A stretch of DNA of 64,000 bases, from assembly GCA_947646415.1 (NCBI GenBank), contig CANSGN010000001.1, positions 3,945-67,944 of the forward strand, in the 5' to 3' direction. Shown here in pieces: positions 19,562 to 28,152 of the stretch. This DNA comes from an uncultured Clostridia bacterium (GTDB lineage: Bacteria > Bacillota > Clostridia > Christensenellales > UBA3700). The notes beneath the pieces are model-generated. The model saw only the letters and a list, made by a program, of their open reading frames with translations. It made no database searches and was not told the DNA's origin. The position numbers and the translations under genes were made by a program. Numbering within the stretch: position 1 is the first letter of the stretch; every line of letters starts with the position of its first letter.

Positions 19562-20161
19562 ATGGATTATTCTAATATGTTTGACGAGATAGAAAATTCC
19601 GCTCGGGAAAGACACGTCCCTGTCATTTTGGACGATTCTAAGGATGAGCTTTTGGCGCTTGTCGCAAAGATTAAACCCAAAAGAATTTTGGAAATCGGGA
19701 CGGCAATAGGCTACAGCGGCTCACTTATGTTAGACATTGCAAATGACTGCGTACTTGATACAGTCGAACTTTTGGAAGATAGGCGAGAGGAAGCTTTGTC
19801 GAATTTTAAAAAGTTTGGGGTGATTGACCGAGTAAACAGTTATTTAGGCGATGCACGAGAATTGTTGCCGCAAATTATAAAAGGCAACATTTACGATTTG
19901 GTGTTTATCGACGGACCTAAAAGCAAGTATACGGAATACCTTAATATGGTGTTAGGCAATATCAAAAAAGGTGGATATATTTTTTGCGACAATGTATTGT
20001 TTAGAGGTATGGTTGCAAGCGAAAATAAACCACCGCACAAATATAGGACAATAGTTGTAAACCTTAGAAATTTTTTGAAATATATTGCAAATAATAGCGA
20101 TTTTCATACGGAAATTAAAGATAAAGGAGATGGCATTGCCATTATAGAAGTAATAAAATGA
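19562..20161 (+). CDS. class I SAM-dependent O-methyltransferase (YrrM/TrmR-like)
   Basis: ILEIGTAIGYS SAM loop and FIDGPK. Followed by a U32 peptidase gene, as in the yrrM-yrrO arrangement. Confidence 0.75.
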   Translation: MDYSNMFDEIENSARERHVPVILDDSKDELLALVAKIKPKRILEIGTAIGYSGSLMLDIANDCVLDTVELLEDRREEALSNFKKFGVIDRVNSYLGDARELLPQIIKGNIYDLVFIDGPKSKYTEYLNMVLGNIKKGGYIFCDNVLFRGMVASENKPPHKYRTIVVNLRNFLKYIANNSDFHTEIKDKGDGIAIIEVIK

Positions 20162-21372
20162 TAGAATTGTTGGCACCTGCGGGAGATTTTAATAAACTTA
20201 AAACGGCTATACACTTTGGCGCGAATGCGGTGTATGTGGGCGGTAGCAATTATGGGCTTAGAAAGGGTGCGAAGAATTTTAATAATGACGGATTGTCTCA
20301 GGCAGTGGAGTATTGCCATTCCAAAGGCGTAAAACTTTATGTAACTTGTAATATAGTTGCACATAACAATGATTTTGACGGTCTTGCCGAATATCTTGAG
20401 TTTTTGGAAAGTATAGGTGTTGATGCGGTTATTGTATCCGATGCGGGTATCATTGGTTTTTGCAAAGCTATTTTAAAAAATACCGAAATACATTTGTCCA
20501 CCCAAGCTAACACCACAAATAAATATGCCGTAAAATTTTGGGCGGATTTGGGTGTAAAAAGGGTTGTGCTTGCAAGAGAGTTGAGTGTAGTCGAAATTAA
20601 GGAAATTAAGGATTTCGTCCCAAGCGTAGAGCTTGAAGCATTTGTACATGGTGCAATGTGTGTCTCTCATAGCGGAAGATGCTTGCTTAGCAATTTTTTG
20701 ACAAAAAGAGATGGCAACCACGGCGATTGCGTACAAGCGTGCAGATGGGAGTATACCATTCACGAAGTTAAAAATGACAATAAAAAGCTAATTTTGTCTG
20801 AGGATGAAAGAGGCTCATACATACTAAACAGCAAAGATTTGAATATGCTTGCAAATTTAAAAGATTTGTTGGATGCGGGTGTATGTTCGTTTAAGATTGA
20901 GGGAAGGATGAAATCGCAATACTATGTCGGAACGGTAGTAAACGCATACAGGAAGGGTATAGATAGCATTTTAAATGGCGAAAATGTGCCGCAATATTTG
21001 CTTGCGGAACTTACCAAAACCGCACATAGGGATTATACAACGGGCTTTTATTATGGGGAAAGCGACAGCATAAGCTACGATAATAACCAAACTGCAGGCG
21101 AATATGAATTTATGGCGGAAGTCATAGAATATGATAGTACAAAAGGCGGAATTTGGGTTGAACAACGTAACAGATTTGGTACGGGTGACACCTTGGAAAT
21201 TTTGTCTAATGACGAGAGATTTTTGAATAAAAATATAAAAATAGATGTTATGGAAAATACGGACGGAGAGGTTTTTGAGGACGCCAAGCTTGTACAGCAA
21301 AAGTTGTTTATAAAAACGGAATATCCCCTTTCAAAACATGACATTTTAAGAAAAAAGGTGGTAAAATGTTAG
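20158..21372 (+). CDS. peptidase U32 family protein (YrrO/TrhP-like)
   Basis: The N-terminus ELLAPAGDFNKLKTAIHFGANAVYVGG is typical of U32; 404 aa. Confidence 0.8.
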   Translation: MIELLAPAGDFNKLKTAIHFGANAVYVGGSNYGLRKGAKNFNNDGLSQAVEYCHSKGVKLYVTCNIVAHNNDFDGLAEYLEFLESIGVDAVIVSDAGIIGFCKAILKNTEIHLSTQANTTNKYAVKFWADLGVKRVVLARELSVVEIKEIKDFVPSVELEAFVHGAMCVSHSGRCLLSNFLTKRDGNHGDCVQACRWEYTIHEVKNDNKKLILSEDERGSYILNSKDLNMLANLKDLLDAGVCSFKIEGRMKSQYYVGTVVNAYRKGIDSILNGENVPQYLLAELTKTAHRDYTTGFYYGESDSISYDNNQTAGEYEFMAEVIEYDSTKGGIWVEQRNRFGTGDTLEILSNDERFLNKNIKIDVMENTDGEVFEDAKLVQQKLFIKTEYPLSKHDILRKKVVKC

Positions 21373-22664
21373 AGAAAAAGTGCATTTTATTGTTATACGG
21401 CGAAGGGCGATACGACTCTAGCGTAATGGCTGTTAAAGACTATATAGAGTCTTGCGGAGATTCGTACGTAGTAGCTGTCAGTGATAAGGAATTGTACCCA
21501 TTCCATTGGTACAAATGGGCTTTTTATGCTTATAGATTTTTCAGCAGAGGTTGTGCTTGGATAAATAATTTGCATTTAAGCATTAATACTATTTGGAATA
21601 GGATTAATGTAAATAAAAGCAAAAAGGAGTGCAAGGAACTTATCGAGCCGACAGGCGGATTAAAAGGCTTTGCATATAATTGGACGGAACAATACAGAAG
21701 AATAAGAAATATGCTGTTAAGATACAATCCCGAGGTTGTTGTTTGCAGCACCCCTAAACTTTTACGCGATACTGTACGAGCTTGCGATAAAGCAAAGCTA
21801 AAAAATATAGATATATGCGGGCTTGTAACCGACTATTGCTTAGATGCAAGGTTTGTGAACTATAAAGCTAGCAAATATTTTGTTCAAAACAGCGATGTTA
21901 AAGAACGTTTGGTGTCATTAGGTATTGAGGACGAAAAAATAGATGTTGTCGGCACACCTCTTTTAAAGGATAGTAAGGAAGTTTATGATAAATCGCAGGT
22001 TTTGGCAGAGCTTGGCATAACAAACGACAAGATGAATATTGTCATTGTCGGTGGCAGATATGGACAATCGGCAGTCAGAAATGTGTTTACAAGTCTTGCA
22101 GAGCTAGAAAACGATATAAACATTATTGTGCTTAGCGGCGGCAATAACGGGCTTGTCAAATATGCGGAGCTTATCACTAAAAACCGCGGGATAGAGGAAA
22201 AAGTGTTTTTGGTGGAGGAGATTGATAAGTTTGCAAAACTTTACAGCGTTGCGGATATTTTGATAATCTCTCCTACAGCGGCTATCACTTACGAGGCAAT
22301 GTACCACAACAGCAATATCATTTTGTGCAACGGCGGAGATGCTTTGGAAAACAGAAATTCACACTACCTTGCGACAAATCAACTTGCTTTGCTTGGCAGG
22401 AATAATGAGGAATTGATAGCAAGCATATCCAAATTTATGTCGGACAGCGAGTTTTCCGACGATATGCGATACGCTCAAAATGAATTTGTAATACCTGATA
22501 GCGATAAGGTTTTGGGCGATTTGATAATTGCAATCGCAAATAAAAATCGTGATGATAAAATAAGTGAACAAGAACAAATAAAAACCGCAAGTTTGAACGA
22601 AATTGAAAATTTAAACAAATTGGATATGGCAGAAAACAGCGACAAGGAGAACGACAATGATTAA
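21366..22664 (+). CDS. glycosyltransferase, MGDG-synthase/UgtP-like (GT28-type)
   Basis: The layout resembles diacylglycerol glycosyltransferases (...VVCSTP...TDY...VVGTPL...IVGG..G...). The assignment by eye is weak. Confidence 0.5.
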   Translation: MLEKKCILLLYGEGRYDSSVMAVKDYIESCGDSYVVAVSDKELYPFHWYKWAFYAYRFFSRGCAWINNLHLSINTIWNRINVNKSKKECKELIEPTGGLKGFAYNWTEQYRRIRNMLLRYNPEVVVCSTPKLLRDTVRACDKAKLKNIDICGLVTDYCLDARFVNYKASKYFVQNSDVKERLVSLGIEDEKIDVVGTPLLKDSKEVYDKSQVLAELGITNDKMNIVIVGGRYGQSAVRNVFTSLAELENDINIIVLSGGNNGLVKYAELITKNRGIEEKVFLVEEIDKFAKLYSVADILIISPTAAITYEAMYHNSNIILCNGGDALENRNSHYLATNQLALLGRNNEELIASISKFMSDSEFSDDMRYAQNEFVIPDSDKVLGDLIIAIANKNRDDKISEQEQIKTASLNEIENLNKLDMAENSDKENDND

Positions 22665-22944
22665 GCATATAGTAATGTACAAACTAAAAAATCCTACCGC
22701 CGAAAATTGCAAAGCAATGGTGGATAAATTTATGTCCATGCAAGGCAAAATCGAAGTGCTAAAAAGCGTGCAAGCAGGCTCGGATATATTAAAAAGTGCA
22801 AGAAGTTTTGACGTTTGTTTGGAGTGTGTATTTGAAAAAGCGGAAGATATGCAAACATATCAATCGCACCCCGTACATATCCCTATAAAGGAGTTTGTAG
22901 GAAGTTTGGTGGAAAAAGCTCATTCGGTAGACTACGAATTTTAA
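22657..22944 (+). CDS. Dabb (stress-responsive alpha/beta barrel) family protein
   Basis: MIKHIVMYKLK... start, ...YQSHPVH..., about 95 aa. Confidence 0.7.
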   Translation: MIKHIVMYKLKNPTAENCKAMVDKFMSMQGKIEVLKSVQAGSDILKSARSFDVCLECVFEKAEDMQTYQSHPVHIPIKEFVGSLVEKAHSVDYEF

Positions 22945-23054
22945 GCAACAAAACGCTACATTTAAAAAATATAATAATTAGCCGTGTAATTGCAAACAAG
23001 TACAAGTAATTTTTACGGCAACAAAATAACATAAATAAAAGGATAATTTGAATT

Positions 23055-23558
23055 ATGATTAGAGCAACAATTAATTTGGAAGACGGAAGAAAGATAAATT
23101 TGAATTTGGATGCGGATTGCGCACCGATTTCAACAGCAAACTTTGTAAAATTGGCAAAAGCAAATCACTATAACGGTTTGATTTTTCATAGAATAATACC
23201 TAATTTTATGTGCCAAGGCGGCGGAATGACTGCGGATATGCAACAAAAAGACGAGTTGACACCAATAAAAGGCGAGTTTTTATCCAACGGCGTCAAAAAT
23301 ATGAGACAGCACAAAGCAGGTACAATAAGTATGGCGAGGACAATGTTTAAAGACAGTGCGACTTCTCAATTTTTCATTTGCTCGGTTGATACTCCGTTTT
23401 TGGATGGCGAATATGCTGCTTTCGGAGAGGTATCGGATAGCGAAAGTATGCAAGTAATTTTGGATATGAGCAAGGTAAGAACTCATTCGGTAGGTTATTT
23501 TGACGATGTACCCGTTGTGCCTATCGTAATTAAAAATGTGGAAATAGTGGAGGATTGA
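23055..23558 (+). CDS. ppiB: peptidyl-prolyl cis-trans isomerase, cyclophilin type
   Basis: ...FHRIIPNFMCQGG..., ...GTISMAR....SATSQFFI... Confidence 0.9.
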   Translation: MIRATINLEDGRKINLNLDADCAPISTANFVKLAKANHYNGLIFHRIIPNFMCQGGGMTADMQQKDELTPIKGEFLSNGVKNMRQHKAGTISMARTMFKDSATSQFFICSVDTPFLDGEYAAFGEVSDSESMQVILDMSKVRTHSVGYFDDVPVVPIVIKNVEIVED

Positions 23559-23561
23559 TAT

Positions 23562-24953
23562 ATGGCAAGAATGACTTTAAAGGATTTGGGCGACAAGTAT
23601 AGTGAGCTCGGCGGACAAAAAGTACAAATAAGCGGTTGGGTAAGAACTATCCGTGACAGCAAAAACTTTGCTTTTGTAGAGTTAAATGATGGTAGCAGAT
23701 TTAAAACAACTCAAGTGATTGCGGATAGCGATATTAAAAATTACAAAACATTGGTTAGCCTAAATGTAGGGGCTGCAATCAGCGTAACGGGAACGGTTGT
23801 TTTGACCCCCGAAAATAAGCAACCGTTTGAGATAAAGGCAGAGAGTTTTGAGGTGGAGGCAACAAGTACCCCAACTTATCCTTTGCAAAAGAAAAGACAT
23901 TCAATCGAGTTTTTGCGTGAGATTGGACATTTGCGTCCAAGAACAAATTTGATGCTTGCAACATTCAAAATTCGTTCGGTTGCGGCACAAGCTATACATA
24001 GCTTTTTTGCAAAGCAAGGTTTTGTGTATGTAAACACTCCTTTAATCACAGGTAGCGACTGCGAGGGCGCAGGCGAAATGTTCAAAGTAACAACTCTTGA
24101 TTTGGACAATCTTCCAAAAACAGCGGATGGCAAAATCGATTATTCTAAAGACTTTTTTGGTAAACCCGTAAGTTTGACTGTAAGCGGACAGTTGAATGCA
24201 GAGTGCTATGCTTTGGCATTTGGCAGCGTATATACTTTTGGACCTACTTTCCGTGCGGAAAAAAGTTATACTGCAAGACACGCTGCGGAGTTTTGGATGA
24301 TAGAGCCGGAGATTGCATTTGCAGACTTGCACGACGATATGGCAGTTGCCGAGGGTATGATAAAATATGTTATAAGCGACGTGCTTGAAAAATGTCCGGA
24401 AGAAATGGAATTTTTAAATTCCTTTGTGGATAAAGGTTTGATTGAAAGATTGACAAAGCTTGTAAACAGCGAGTTTAAGGAAGTCACTTATACAGAAGCA
24501 GTTGAGATTTTGAAAAAGCATAACTCAGAGTTCCAATATCAAGTGGAGTGGGGTGTTGATTTGCAAACTGAGCATGAAAGGTTTTTGACCGAACAAATCT
24601 TTAACGGTCCTATATTTGTAACAAACTATCCTAAGGATATTAAAGCGTTTTATATGCGTATGAATGACGACAACAAAACTGTTGCAGCTGTGGATATGTT
24701 AGTACCGGGTGTTGGCGAAATTATCGGCGGCTCTCAAAGGGAGGAAAGGTTTGACCTGCTTGTAAAACGTATCAACGAGTTAGGACTTAGGGAAGAGGAT
24801 TATTCTTGGTACCTAGATTTAAGAAAATACGGCGGTGTTAAGCACTCCGGTTTTGGCTTGGGCTTTGAGAGATTGATAATGTATTTAACAGGAGTAAGCA
24901 ATATTCGTGACGTAATTCCTTTCCCAAGAACTACAGGAACTTGCGAATTTTAA
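23562..24953 (+). CDS. asnS: asparagine--tRNA ligase
   Basis: 463 aa. OB-fold N-terminus ...[23 protein letters not shown], class II motifs FRAE...[11 protein letters not shown] and GFGLGFERL. Confidence 0.95.
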   Translation: MARMTLKDLGDKYSELGGQKVQISGWVRTIRDSKNFAFVELNDGSRFKTTQVIADSDIKNYKTLVSLNVGAAISVTGTVVLTPENKQPFEIKAESFEVEATSTPTYPLQKKRHSIEFLREIGHLRPRTNLMLATFKIRSVAAQAIHSFFAKQGFVYVNTPLITGSDCEGAGEMFKVTTLDLDNLPKTADGKIDYSKDFFGKPVSLTVSGQLNAECYALAFGSVYTFGPTFRAEKSYTARHAAEFWMIEPEIAFADLHDDMAVAEGMIKYVISDVLEKCPEEMEFLNSFVDKGLIERLTKLVNSEFKEVTYTEAVEILKKHNSEFQYQVEWGVDLQTEHERFLTEQIFNGPIFVTNYPKDIKAFYMRMNDDNKTVAAVDMLVPGVGEIIGGSQREERFDLLVKRINELGLREEDYSWYLDLRKYGGVKHSGFGLGFERLIMYLTGVSNIRDVIPFPRTTGTCEF

Positions 24954-25002
24954 TTTAGCAGCTTAAAATACATTTGAATTACAAAAAAATAAATAAAAGG
25001 AG

Positions 25003-25043
25003 CGGTAGCAATAAAAATACATATATTTTGCTACCGTTTTTTT
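25003..25043 (+). terminator. intrinsic terminator after asnS
   Basis: cggtagcaa (25003-25011) pairs with ttgctaccg (25028-25036), followed by TTTTTTT. Confidence 0.75.
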
Positions 25044-25053
25044 AGGGGGAAAT

Positions 25054-26166
25054 ATGAGTAATTTACATAGTCATTTGCTTGTCAAAATTTCCGATAGCAA
25101 AACGGATAACTGCGTTGTACTTGGCAATATCCGTATATGCGTAATAACAGACAAACTGATTCGTGTGGAAATTGCCAAGGATAGCAACTTTTGCGATTTG
25201 CCTACACAAAAAGTTTGGCACAGGGCATTTGCAAATGCAACATTCGATTGTAAAGATAACGGCAAATTTATAACTGTAAAAACGCAAAGCACGCAGTTTG
25301 ATATTGACAAAAGCGGAAATATCGTTTGTGTAATTTTGGCTGACGGCAGGAGAGTAAAAGATTGTCGAAAAGGCAATTTGAAAGGCACTTGTAGGACGCT
25401 TGACGGAACTATCGGTGCAGTACCTTTAGGTAACGGAGTTGTATCCGAAAACGGGGTGGCAATACTTGATGACAGTAACTCGCTTTTGTACAATTTAGAT
25501 GGCGAATTGTGCGAAAATTCCTACAAAAATCGGGACTATTATGTTTTTGCATACGGCTATGAGTACCGTCAAGCGGTTGCGGATTTTTATAAACTAAGCG
25601 GTGTTACTCCACTTATGCCAAAGTATGTTTTGGGTAATTGGTGGAGCAGATATAGGGCATATACGCAGCAAGAATATCTTGACGTAATGGATAATTTTAT
25701 AAAACGAAATATCCCGCTTACTATAGCAACTGTGGATATGGATTGGCATTTAGTTAACGGCATAGACAACAAGTACAGGACAGGCAATCCTTATCCATGG
25801 GAGTCTACGGGTTGGACGGGTTATACTTGGAATGAGGAGCTGTTCCCCGACTACAAACAGTTTTTAAAAGATTTGCATGCCAAAAATTTAAAAGTTACGC
25901 TAAACCTTCATCCTGCCCGAGGTGTAAGAGGGTATGAGGCTATGTACAAGGATATGGCAGATGCTATGTGGGTAGATAGCAAAACGGAAAAACCAATCGA
26001 TTTCGATTTTATTAAATATCAATACAAAAATGCTGCAAAAACTATGGTATACAACAAATTTAAAAATGTAAATACAAAAGAAGATTTGCAAAAAGCACTT
26101 AACGGTTTGGCAGGACATAAACGCCTTAAATCCCAGCTTAAAGAATTGTTGTATATGGCTTTTTGA
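25054..26166 (+). pseudogene. truncated glycoside hydrolase family 31 gene (N-terminal ~320 aa only, unrelated tail)
   Basis: GH31-like ...LMPKYVLGNWWSRYRAYTQQEYLDVMDNF..IPL..ATVDMDWH...LNLHPA.GVR... The region that should hold the catalytic Asp (WIDW/xDMxE type) is absent. After about aa 323 the sequence becomes Lys-rich and unrelated, then stops at 370 aa. Full-length GH31 enzymes are much longer. Confidence 0.55.
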
Positions 26167-26402
26167 CATTGCCAAGATATTACTTAAAGTATATAGTAGT
26201 ATTCTTATTTTAAATTACAGATTTATAAAATAATATTCAAAAATATTCAATAATATTAAAAGTGACTTGCGGAATAGTAGGTCATTTTTTCTCTAAAAAT
26301 ATTTAATAGTTCAATTATTGGAGATATAATTATTTATTTAGAAAAAAATTGACTGATAATTAAACAAAAATAAAAATAATTATATATTATACAAAATGTG
26401 TA

Positions 26403-26431
26403 TTGCAAATTGGTAAAATTTACCTTATAAT
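26403..26431 (+). promoter_or_regulatory. sigma-A type promoter of the lipoprotein / giant-protein operon
   Basis: TTGCAA (26403-26408), 17-nt spacer, TATAAT (26426-26431), in a 300-bp AT-rich spacer. Confidence 0.5.
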
Positions 26432-26469
26432 ATAATTAGATATAATTAATGTAAAAGGGGGGTAGGATT

Positions 26470-26973
26470 GTGAAAAAGATATTTTTAAAATCAATGGTTA
26501 TATCAATGTTGATGGTTTTAATGTTGGGTATGAGTATGCTCTTTGTCGGATGTGAAGATTATGAAAATAAAGTATATGAAATTACTTTGCACCCAATACA
26601 TCCTATAACAGGCGAAGAAAGAAGTGAAGCATATATGACAATAGACAGTGAGACTTTATACGGAGATAGAGAGTTTATAGAAATAAAGTTTAAAGAAAAA
26701 GGCAAAAAAAAGTTTTTGCCAAACAAATATATATCTTTAAACGAACTAAATCATTTGGTTGATATTTATGTGTCTACATTGGACAGTGACTACAAGGAAA
26801 CAATCATGTTGCACGGGTCAATAAAATATCCAGAAAATATCCCAAAAGAAAAAGGGACATATAGAATTCAAGTTGAATTCAACAACTATACTTATGATGG
26901 ATATGGAAATATGTTGAGGCTATCGACTAAATTTGAATCCACATATATTAATTTTGGATTAAAAATAATATAA
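26470..26973 (+). CDS. small putative lipoprotein, paralog 1 of 3
   Basis: GTG start after GGGGGG/AGGA. Signal peptide ends in LFVGC (lipobox-like). 167 aa. The leader DNA is nearly identical to that at 27627. Confidence 0.7.
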   Translation: MKKIFLKSMVISMLMVLMLGMSMLFVGCEDYENKVYEITLHPIHPITGEERSEAYMTIDSETLYGDREFIEIKFKEKGKKKFLPNKYISLNELNHLVDIYVSTLDSDYKETIMLHGSIKYPENIPKEKGTYRIQVEFNNYTYDGYGNMLRLSTKFESTYINFGLKII

Positions 26974-27001
26974 TTACATTTAATTATAAGAGGAGTGACA
27001 A

Positions 27002-27088
27002 ATGTTAAAAAAGAAAAATTTAAAATACTTAAGCATGGTACTTGTTTTGGTTATGTTAATTACAATGGTTGTAATAACAGCATTATAA
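27002..27088 (+). CDS. 28-aa hydrophobic micro-ORF (possible signal-peptide remnant or small membrane peptide)
   Basis: AGGAG sits 6 nt before the ATG at 27002. Translation MLKKKNLKYLSMVLVLVMLITMVVITAL. Below the ORF-track length cut-off. Confidence 0.3.
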   Translation: MLKKKNLKYLSMVLVLVMLITMVVITAL

Positions 27089-27108
27089 AATAAAAAGGAG
27101 GATATAAT

Positions 27109-27612
27109 GTGAAGAAAATATTTTTAAAAACAATAGTTATATTAATGGTAACAGTTTTAATGTTAGGTATTAGTATGCTATTTGTGGGATGTGTAGAAGA
27201 GGAGGAAAAAGAGCCTGTATTTGAAATCAAGTTGTATGACGATAAATGGCAAGAACTAAAAAGACAAGGAGATAAAAGTTATACAAAGTATGAAGATTAT
27301 GTAGTAAAATATGACGGGACACGGAAGTTGTGTAATGCCATTGTATACAGAGACGGAAAAGAGTTTTATAGATTAGATTATAAGACAAATCCAAACTATT
27401 ATTATGATAGATGTTTAGAAGTATGTGAATATCGAAATGATTTTCATGAAGTCATTAAAGATAAAATGCCATATAAAGTAGGGGAGTATGAATTGATTTA
27501 TCAATATAGCTCCTATGGATATAGTAAAAACATAAATTATTTTGCAGGTAATCCATTGCCAATAAAGTATTATCATGATACGGAAAAAATTAAGCTAGTA
27601 ATACAAGAATAA
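27109..27612 (+). CDS. small putative lipoprotein, paralog 2 of 3
   Basis: GTG start after AGGAGG. LFVGC lipobox-like motif. Mature part VFEIKLYDDKWQELKRQG...YVVKYDGT is highly similar to the next gene. Confidence 0.75.
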   Translation: MKKIFLKTIVILMVTVLMLGISMLFVGCVEEEEKEPVFEIKLYDDKWQELKRQGDKSYTKYEDYVVKYDGTRKLCNAIVYRDGKEFYRLDYKTNPNYYYDRCLEVCEYRNDFHEVIKDKMPYKVGEYELIYQYSSYGYSKNINYFAGNPLPIKYYHDTEKIKLVIQE

Positions 27613-27626
27613 GGAGGGATAGGATT

Positions 27627-28142
27627 GTGAAAAAGATATTTTTAAAATCAATGGTTATAGTAATGTTGACAGTGTTAATGTTAGGTATTAGTATGCTATT
27701 TGTGGGATGTGTAAAAGAGGAGGAAAAAGAGCCTGTATTTGAAATCAAATTGTATGACGATAATTGGCAGGAACTAAAAAGACAAGGCAATGAAAAGTCT
27801 GCAATTTATGAAGATTATGTAGTCAAATATGATGGGACATACAAATTATGTAATGTGAAAGTTTTTAAAGATGAAAAGGAGTTTTATAGAATAGATTATA
27901 AAACAAATGGTACTTTTTATTATGAATATTTTTTGCAAATTAGAATAAGAAAAAAAGAAGATGATAGTGGGGTTTATGTGACAGGGTTTAATGATATGCC
28001 AACTGCAATAGGGGAATATGTTTTGATATGCGAATATAATTCCTATGGATATAGACATAGTCTTAATTATTTTTCGGACAATACATTCCCAGCAAAATAC
28101 TATTTGAAGAGCGAGACAGTTAACTTAATTATACAAGAATAA
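27627..28142 (+). CDS. small putative lipoprotein, paralog 3 of 3
   Basis: GTG start after AGGAGGGA. LFVGC. Tandem duplicate of 27109-27612. Confidence 0.75.
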   Translation: MKKIFLKSMVIVMLTVLMLGISMLFVGCVKEEEKEPVFEIKLYDDNWQELKRQGNEKSAIYEDYVVKYDGTYKLCNVKVFKDEKEFYRIDYKTNGTFYYEYFLQIRIRKKEDDSGVYVTGFNDMPTAIGEYVLICEYNSYGYRHSLNYFSDNTFPAKYYLKSETVNLIIQE

Positions 28143-28152
28143 GGAGAAAATT

